DNA of 25,742 nt from Hormiphora californensis. Taxonomy: Eukaryota; Animalia; Ctenophora. The notes under the pieces were generated by a model. It saw only the letters and a list, made by a program, of their open reading frames with translations, searched no databases and had not been told where the DNA came from. Positions 19,228-25,742 of the stretch are shown piece after piece. The position numbers and the translations under genes were made by a program. Position 1 is the stretch's first letter. The number at the start of each line of letters is the position of its first letter. The stretch is from NCBI GenBank assembly GCA_020137815.1, contig WFME01000023.1, forward strand, positions 1-25,742, written 5' to 3'.

Positions 19228-19425
19228 TTATCCTTTGATGTCTTTGAAGCCAAACTCTGCCTCGCCAGCTCCCTCTTCCAGAACGGCAGGAGCAGCCTCA
19301 GCGCCAGATCCTAGCTCCGCAGTTAGGGCGCTCAGAGACAGTCCTTCAGCAGCCACCTTCTCCTCATCAATGGGGGCAGCGGCTACAAGTCCGGCAACAA
19401 GGAATAGCACAAAAAACTTGAACAT
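19228..19425 (-). CDS. Small secreted peptide precursor (65 aa), candidate amidated peptide
   Basis: Signal peptide MFKFFVLFLVAGLVAA, acidic Ala/Glu pro-region, C-terminal FGFKDIK-G-stop. CAACATG start context. Confidence 0.7.
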   Translation of the reverse strand: MFKFFVLFLVAGLVAAAPIDEEKVAAEGLSLSALTAELGSGAEAAPAVLEEGAGEAEFGFKDIKG

Positions 19426-19471
19426 GTTGGGAGAGGTACAAAGTTGGTGGAATACTATTGATGGTTTGAAA

Positions 19472-19498
19472 AAGTGAGCAAAACAGGCGGTACTTATA
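19472..19498 (-). promoter_or_regulatory. Putative TATA box and initiator for the peptide gene
   Basis: Minus-strand TATAAGTA (19498-19491) is followed about 23 nt later by TCACTT, roughly 50 nt before the ATG. Confidence 0.35.
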
Positions 19499-19510
19499 GT
19501 GCCATTCCCC

Positions 19511-19575
19511 CTCTCTCTCTTTCTCTATCTCTTTCTCTTTCTCTCTTTCTCTCTCTCTCACTCTCTCTCTCTCTC

Positions 19576-19640
<65 letters not shown>
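19511..19640. repeat. (CT)n microsatellite
   Basis: Imperfect then perfect CT run. Confidence 0.95.
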
Positions 19641-19641
<1 letters not shown>

Positions 19642-20034
19642 ACGTTGACCACATGGTGCCAGACTAAGTTTAAGTCTCCTGCATTATCATACTGGGTACT
19701 CACATTTTACACCCCATTTTGCTTTAATATCTCCCTTTATTTCTCTCTCTATCTTGTTCAATATTCTTCCATTTCTTTCAGCACTCTTATTTCCCACTAT
19801 GCCACTGGTCACTAAATCATCACAAAAACAAACAAATAAAATTATGACGTACGGTTTCCCCAATAGATTTAGAGGTGGAGAGGGGAACACCCTCCCGCGG
19901 CCCGCCACTGCCCGGTTTGAAAATATACTATAATGCAAATCTAAATATTTATATATAGATAGGAATCTTTAAAACACGAGTAAATATAGCCCCAAACCAA
20001 TAACTCCCTCTCAACTAGCATCCCGCATGTCCGA

Positions 20035-20154
20035 ATGGCGGGTTTTGCTCGATGTTGTGCCGTTGGGACTCTGTTGGCTGGACTTGTTGTACTGATAGTC
20101 ACCATATCAGGCCGTAATCCTCTACTGAATTTCATAAACGACTCAATCAAACAG
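20035..20154 (+). CDS. CD36: CD36/SCARB (scavenger receptor class B) family gene, coding exon 1
   Basis: N-terminal TM helix (AVGTLLAGLVVLIVTI). 120 nt ending CAG|GTACAA, phase 0. The symbol is family-level only. Confidence 0.82.
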
Positions 20155-20159
20155 GTACA

Positions 20160-20695
20160 AGGTTTGGCATGGTTGGGACTTTGGTTCGGTTTGAAGGTTG
20201 GTTTGGAGGTTGATTTGGAGGTTGGTTTGGTTTGGTTTGGTTTGGTTTGGTTTGGTTTGGTTTGGTTTGGTTTGGTTTGGTTTGGTTTGGTTTGGTTTGG
20301 TTTGGTTTGGTTTGGTTTGGTTTGGTTTGGTTAGTTTTGGACTTTGGTTTGGTTTGGTTTGGTTTGGTTTGGTTTGGTTAGTTTTGGACTTTGGTTTGGT
20401 TTGGTTTGGTTTGGTTTGGTTTGGTTTGGTTTGGTTTGGTTTGGTTTGGTTTGGTTTGGTTTGGTTTGGTTTGGTTAGTTTTGGACTTTGGTTTGGTTTG
20501 GTTTGGTTTGGTTTGGTTTGGTTAGTTTTGGACTTTGGTTTGGTTTGGTTTGGTTTGGTTTGGTTTGGTTTGGTTTGGTTTGGTTTGGTTTGGTTTGGTT
20601 TGGTTTGGTTTGGTTAGTTTTGGACTTTGGTTTGGTTTGGTTAGTTTTGGACTTTGGTTTGGTTTGGTTTGGTTAGTTTTGGACTTTGGTTTGGA
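20160..20695. repeat. (TTTGG)n pentamer satellite filling intron 1
   Basis: Long TTTGG runs punctuated by a recurring TTAGTTTTGGAC variant. Confidence 0.97.
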
Positions 20696-20736
20696 GTTTT
20701 GAGTTTGATATTTCCTTATCCCTTCTCTCTTTCCAG

Positions 20737-20894
20737 CAAGTTCAGGTTCTACCCGGTTCTGTTACCTATGACAGTTGGAAAAATCCACCAGTGCCCGTAC
20801 TGGATAATATCTACCTGTTTAATATATCCAATGTAGCAGAATTTAATTCTGGGCAGAAGGCCATTTTAGAACGTATCGGACCTTTTGTTTACAG
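20737..20894 (+). CDS. CD36: CD36/SCARB family gene, coding exon 2
   Basis: TTCCAG| acceptor. QVQVLPGSVTYDSWKNPPVPVLDNIYLFNISNVAEFNSGQKAILERIGPFVYR fits the CD36 W..PP...YLFN.SN...GP.VY signature. AG|GTATTT donor, phase 2. Confidence 0.92.
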
Positions 20895-20904
20895 GTATTT
20901 GTAA

Positions 20905-20964
20905 CCACGATTTACCGGGCAAAACCCTTTCCCCCGAGCATCCCGGTAAATCGGGGTCCGACTG
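20905..20964. mobile_element. Truncated Tc1/mariner(pogo)-type MITE end
   Basis: Ends AAATCGGGGTCCGACTG|TA, the same terminus as 23278-23448. Confidence 0.75.
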
Positions 20965-21282
20965 TACTATATTTTTTGACGACATTGGTTGATCCAGGTT
21001 GGTACGGTTAGCATGTTAGTTAAATATCAACACAAGGGCGAAGGGGCCCCGGGGCAGGTTGCTTGGTTTTCACGTGTTTGAACTGAATGTGTTCTCGATT
21101 TGAGAAGAGTGTACGTTTATCTCAGCTGCTGCTCATACTATATTTTTAGTTACGAGACAGTCTGAACTATAACCAACCTCAGGCAATAGAACTCACCATG
21201 GTCTGATGAAATTATTCTTAGTTATATATCTGAGTTACATTGTAGTGACTAAGGGGTGAAAGATGAATCTGATGATTTTGTC

Positions 21283-21862
21283 GGGGGGGTTATCATGGTG
21301 ACAAATGGTGACAAATGGTGACATATGGTGACTCATCTGACCATTTAGGGTATGTCACCATCACCATTTGTCACCATTTGTCACCATTTATCTCCATTTG
21401 TCACCATTTGTCTCCATTTGTCTCCATTTTTTGACGAAATATGCGGATTTCGGCAGAATTTTTTAAAATTTTTAAAGAATTTAATAAAATTTTTTTAATT
21501 TCTTTAGACCGATATATTTGTTTATAAGTTGTTACATGGCCATTCCGGATCGGCTAGTAGTGTTTTGGACGCTAAAACTTCCCGAAAGTCACGTTGAGGG
21601 TGACCTCCCTCGCACAACACAAAAGCGCAATTAACTACCTGTGACCCCTTAATTACATCCAATCGACTTGAAACTTGGTAGAAGTGTCCCCAGTGTCCCA
21701 TAACATATATTAGTCCCATAACACATCATATTATGCCTGTAGGAAGCTCCAGACAGAATGGTGACAAATGGTGACTCATCTCAAAATTTTGGTCATGTCA
21801 CCATCACCATTTGTCACCATATGTCACCATTTGTCACCATTTGTCACCATGATTACCCCCCC
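21283..21862. mobile_element. 580-bp MITE with G7-initiated TIRs and 8-bp TSD
   Basis: ATTTTGTC is duplicated at 21275-21282 and 21863-21870. The TIRs are GGGGGGGT(T/A)ATCATGGTGACAAATGG with (GGTGACAAAT)n subrepeats. Superfamily uncertain (Merlin- or MULE-like). Confidence 0.9.
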
Positions 21863-21907
21863 ATTTTGTCTGGAGATTGAGCTTCTTTGAATTGGTCAGT
21901 GCACGTG

Positions 21908-22725
21908 TCAGTCACTAGTCCGTACATCAGTCGTATAAAACCTACCACTATTCCAAACAGTTAAGCTACACTCTGCAACCAACACGTGATAGTTAGAACT
22001 CCATCCAGCCATAGCGAATTTCCCTGTACTGCTCTCCACGCGTATCTGGCTGCCTGAGACCTGACACGGCCAGCTGTATGTCTGTCCCTCTGCACTAACA
22101 TCATCTAGATTTAGTTGCACAATTCCGCACTGGTGTTTCTTCTCGGCACTGTCTACTACATACACCACTGCGCCTTCGTTCAACTGAGCCCAATTCCTGA
22201 CATTGTTTTCAATTAACTCTTGAAAAAAATATTATTGTTATCAAAGTCTGACTTAATATACTCACAAACACACACACGAATATATACCACCGAACTATAC
22301 CTGATATCTTCTTCACTTTTCCCTGTATCAGTGTTAAAGAGTACCAAAGTCACCTCAGCAACAATGACATCTTCGTTAGAGAATGTCATCAGGAGCCACG
22401 AGGCAGTGTCATCCGGATCTGCATCTGCATAGGTTGTTGGGTCGTTGTCAATGCTGAGATGAGCTGGATGGTACTCATTATTTCGATTGTATGTACTGCT
22501 GAGAGTAGCATTGAAGGGCCTGATCACTGAGAAAAAGTTAGAGGTTACTCATTGCCGAACCCTAAAATACCTAGTGAGAGTAATACACAAGTTACACACA
22601 ATCATTGTTTCATGAAATCCCTCATCCCTGCTGCAATAGCAATTACCTGTGCTTCTGGTATCTCCATGTTGGACAAGCAGACAAATCAGGATGAGAGGAA
22701 TGTTGGTATTTCTCCTTACCATCAT
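21908..22725 (-). CDS. Nested antisense 3-exon gene (22725-22647, 22526-22301, 22196-21908), ~197-aa secreted protein with F5/8 type C / galactose-binding-like fold
   Basis: Canonical GT-AG junctions with compatible phases (1, 2). Signal-like MMVRRNTNIPLILICLLVQHG. ATLSSTY...SIDNDPTTYA...SWL...VAEVTL resembles discoidin/F-lectin domains. Confidence 0.75.
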
Positions 22726-23277
22726 TATACCCTGTCAGCTACTGCAATGCTAGCTGCCAGGTGTACCACGATATCAAACTACTCAATCACACATTGCTAT
22801 GAGATGTTTCAGAAGTTTTATAATTGAATAAAAACATACCAAAATAACGGAGATCATCTGATATGTATGAAAGTCAAATGTCGAACTAACTAAACTACTG
22901 ATCACATTAACAAACATACAGATAAACAGATACATATCAGATACATATAAACTTGCTGAAAAACAGTGGTAGGCAAAGAACTATTGAAGGGGAGGGAGAG
23001 AAAGAAATGGGATAAAAAGAGCAGTCTGCCTGGTCAAAAGGAATTAAAATCGTTCTATTGTATTGCTTGATGTAGATCGGTATACAACTATAGGTACAGC
23101 AACAGTTGTTCTGACCCTCCTTTACATGCTAGCGAAACGAGTCTAGCTAGGCAACTTAGTGTATAGTACTACTAGAACAACTGATTATTCAGCGAGAGGA
23201 CGCGTGATCCGAGAGCCGAGAGGACGTGATCTGAGAGGACGTGATCCAAGAGGACGTGATCTAGTACTATGTAATTA

Positions 23278-23448
23278 CAGTCGGACCCCGATTTAACGGC
23301 ACCCTCGGGGGAAGGGTTTTGTCCGTTAAATCGGGGTGTCCGCTAAATCGGGGTCAAATACTGTTAATTTCCTATATCGGGGGAAGATTATCCTGCCGTT
23401 AAATCGGGGTGCCGTTAAATCGGGGGCCGTTAAATCGGGGTCCGACTG
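23278..23448. mobile_element. 171-bp Tc1/mariner(pogo)-type MITE
   Basis: TA|CAGTCGGACCCCGATTTAACGG...CCGTTAAATCGGGGTCCGACTG|TA: perfect TIRs and TA TSD. Confidence 0.93.
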
Positions 23449-23953
23449 TATATGTCTTTGTTCTTCGCTTTGTAGTAACAATGCGTGGATAGGTCATAGG
23501 GATTAGGGAGCTAGGTAGAGAGAGAGAGAGAGAGAGAGGGGAGAGGGGGGAGAGAGTCAGACAGACAGAAATAAAAAGAGAGAGGGGGGGGGGAGTCAGA
23601 GGCAGATAGCCCTGTTAGATATTTCTCTTTCTCTCCCTCTCTATTATTTCATCTCTCTCTCTTTCACGATATATTTGGACCGGTGTTGACTGTTGAACAC
23701 AGGAAATGGGGCAATAACAACGGCAGCTCAGTGTGGGAAATGTTTTATATATTTCCCCACTACGCCAAGAAAAATAAAAAAAGAAAAGCGACCTGGATAA
23801 ACCAAATATCGGGGTGCTGATATCGCTCTTTTTGCCATAGTCCTTCATTGCCTTACTCGACCCTATTCCCCTGTAAAGGAGGGTTAGAACAATCGACACA
23901 ATAAGATTGCGTTCTACGCAAAGCACAGAAATCAACATCTTGCTGAAAGCTTA

Positions 23954-24326
23954 TATTTTTCGATTTTCTTCCCTATTTAATTCTTGCTCTGAACTCATTA
24001 TTCAGAATACTAATTAATCTCTCTTAACCGAGTTCTGCCCGTGTATGTGTGAGATTCCCCATTAAACTGTTGTACAGAGGGCGTGTGTGTGTGTGATCAC
24101 CAGAAGGAGATATCAAATTACTTCCCTTATCACATGGTGTCTAAGGCAGGAGCTTGAATATAGAGCGATGAAATGCGATCAGTACATAGGGTTTGGTAGC
24201 TTAGTGGTTTATTATAGCTCCGAGCATGTCTCTCTGGAGGTCCCTGGTTTAATTCCCGGTCAAACCCAGTATTTTTCGATTTTCTTCCCTATTTAATTCT
24301 TGCTCTGAACTCATTATTCAGAATAT
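23954..24326 (+). mobile_element. ~370-bp insertion with 56-bp terminal direct repeats, ~11-bp TSD and internal tRNA-like module
   Basis: TGAAAGCTTAT at 23944-23954 and 24327-24337. 23954-24009 is identical to 24270-24325. Confidence 0.75.
24189..24267 (+). pseudogene. tRNA-like sequence (Pol III A/B boxes), SINE-type or pseudo-tRNA
   Basis: GGGTTTG/CAAACCC acceptor-like stem, A box TAGCTTAGTGG, B-box-like GGTTTAATTCC, and a T5 run just downstream. No clean anticodon arm. Confidence 0.6.
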
Positions 24327-24352
24327 TGAAAGCTTATTGTTATTATGTATTT

Positions 24353-24457
24353 CAGGAACCGACAGAACAAGAAAAAAAACCAATCAGAACTCGTTATTAG
24401 GTCACGTGACTGGTTATCAGCCAATCAGGGACCAGTATTCATATTGTTGGTTTCCAG
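24353..24457. mobile_element. Degenerate ~105-bp MITE with CAGGAACCGAC terminus abutting exon 3
   Basis: The left end CAGGAACCGACAGAA resembles the hAT-like TIR CAGGAAGCGACCGAA inferred at 7912. The right end GTTGGTTTCCAG is a decayed inverse. Confidence 0.6.
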
Positions 24458-24536
24458 GAAACATGAGGAGAAGCGTTCAGTTAACTTTACTGGTGATCTC
24501 AGCAAAGCCATGTTCTATGATTACGAAGACTTTCAG
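24458..24536 (+). CDS. CD36: CD36/SCARB family gene, coding exon 3
   Basis: TTCCAG|G completes the phase-2 Arg codon. Reads KHEEKRSVNFTGDLSKAMFYDYEDFQ. CAG|GTGAAA donor. Confidence 0.75.
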
Positions 24537-24874
24537 GTGAAAATATTACTTTTTATTTTTATTACTTCTTTGTTTTACAATTTGCTTGTGCGATTAACCG
24601 GACTCCTCGGGGGAATGATAAATACACAGTGTATTGAAATTCACAGTATATCATAGAGGTTTTATTTCACAAGTTAGAGGAAACCTATCCGTTCTATAAC
24701 TTGAGGGGTCTAGTAAATCAAGGTTGGATTGTACTATATAACACATAACTCTCTCCCTTGCGTGCAGATAATCAATAGACGCACTGTAGAGGTTGACCTT
24801 TATAAAATACAAAGTTATTCAGCTGTAGACGGAGTATAATATGTACTTGAAACAAGTGTAACATGATATTTCAG

Positions 24875-25021
24875 TTTGATGAGCTAGAGACACAGAGACT
24901 TAACAGAAGGTGGAGTTGGGAGACCGTGTGTTCATCCCAAATGTTACCATTGATAGCGGCTGTCTCCCAGATTGAAAACACAACACTTTCGCTGAGACAG
25001 TGAAAGAAAGAATAATAATCG
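24875..25021 (+). CDS. CD36: CD36/SCARB family gene, probable coding exon 4 with apparent single-base indels
   Basis: TTTCAG| acceptor, phase 0. The segments FDELETQRL / KVELGDRVFIPNV / PLIAAVSQIENTTLS / ETVKERIII need three frame changes. G|GTGAGC donor. Confidence 0.55.
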
Positions 25022-25742
25022 GTGAGCAGACTTGACAGACATATAATAATCGGTGAGCAGACTTGACAGACATATAATAATCGGTGAGCAGACTTGACAG
25101 AAAAATAATAATCGGTGAGCAGACTTGACAGACATATAATAATCGGTGAGCAACGCATTGACAGCAACATAAAAATCGGTGAGCAGACTTGACAGACATA
25201 TAATATCGGTGAGCAGACTTGACAGACATAAAATCGCGTGAGCAGACTTGACAGACATATAATAATCGGTGAGCAGACTTGACAGACATATAATAATCGG
25301 TGAGCAGACTTGACAGACAATAATAATCGGTGAGCAGACTTGACAGACATATAATAACGGTGAGCAGACATTGACAGACATATAATAATCGGTGAGCAGA
25401 CTTGATAGAATAGAATAATCGGTGAGCAGACTTGACAGACATATATAATCGGCGAGCAGACTTGACAGACACTAATAATCGGTGAGCAGAATGCAGACAT
25501 ATAATAATCGGTGAGCAGACTCTGACAGACACATAATAATCGGTGAGCAGACTTGACAGACACATAATAATCGGATGAGCAGACTTGACAGACATATAAT
25601 AATTGTGAGCAGACTTGACAGACATATAATAATCGGTGAGCAGACTGCAGACATATAATAATCGCGGAGCAGACTTGACAGACATATAATAATCGGTGAG
25701 GCAGACTTGACAGACATATAATAATCGGTGAGCAGAATGGAC
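25012..25742. repeat. 31-bp minisatellite, ~23 copies, running off the window
   Basis: Unit ATAATAATCGGTGAGCAGACTTGACAGACAT with scattered indels. Confidence 0.97.

Noticed and set aside
23160-23270. Small element with (GAGGACGTGATC)n repeats ending in CTAGT
   Set aside because: Too short and ambiguous (weak TIR, no clear hairpin or TSD) to classify.
25012-25742. Regular 31-bp repeats resembling a CRISPR array, plus long ORFs across them
   Set aside because: The units are contiguous with no unique spacers, there are no cas genes and the context is eukaryotic. The ORFs are repeat translations.

Overview
Eukaryotic genomic DNA, probably from a cydippid ctenophore. This is inferred from ctenophore-type spliced-leader (SL) sequences recalled from memory and was not checked against a database. 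Bases 1-19000 are mostly nested transposons. They include a 900-bp TIR element, a truncated LINE 3' end, and two ORF1-only non-autonomous LINEs joined head-to-head. There is also a disrupted CRE-clade PHD-RT-RLE retrotransposon carrying a hAT MITE, and an RTE fragment split by an apparently intact 6.1-kb CR1/L2-group LINE. Bases 19200-25742 hold a small secreted-peptide gene and the first four exons of a CD36/SCARB-family gene. That gene contains an antisense nested gene, MITEs, a tRNA-containing repeat and satellites. The main candidate novel system is retroelements that start with a host spliced leader. The full-length LINE begins with an SL and both ORF1-only copies begin with a second SL-like variant. 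Those two copies differ by a 7-nt AG-to-AG acceptor shift, which suggests promoterless LINEs whose 5' ends are made by trans-splicing. The full LINE's ORF1 also fuses an AlkB-family 2OG-Fe(II) dioxygenase to an SGNH esterase.
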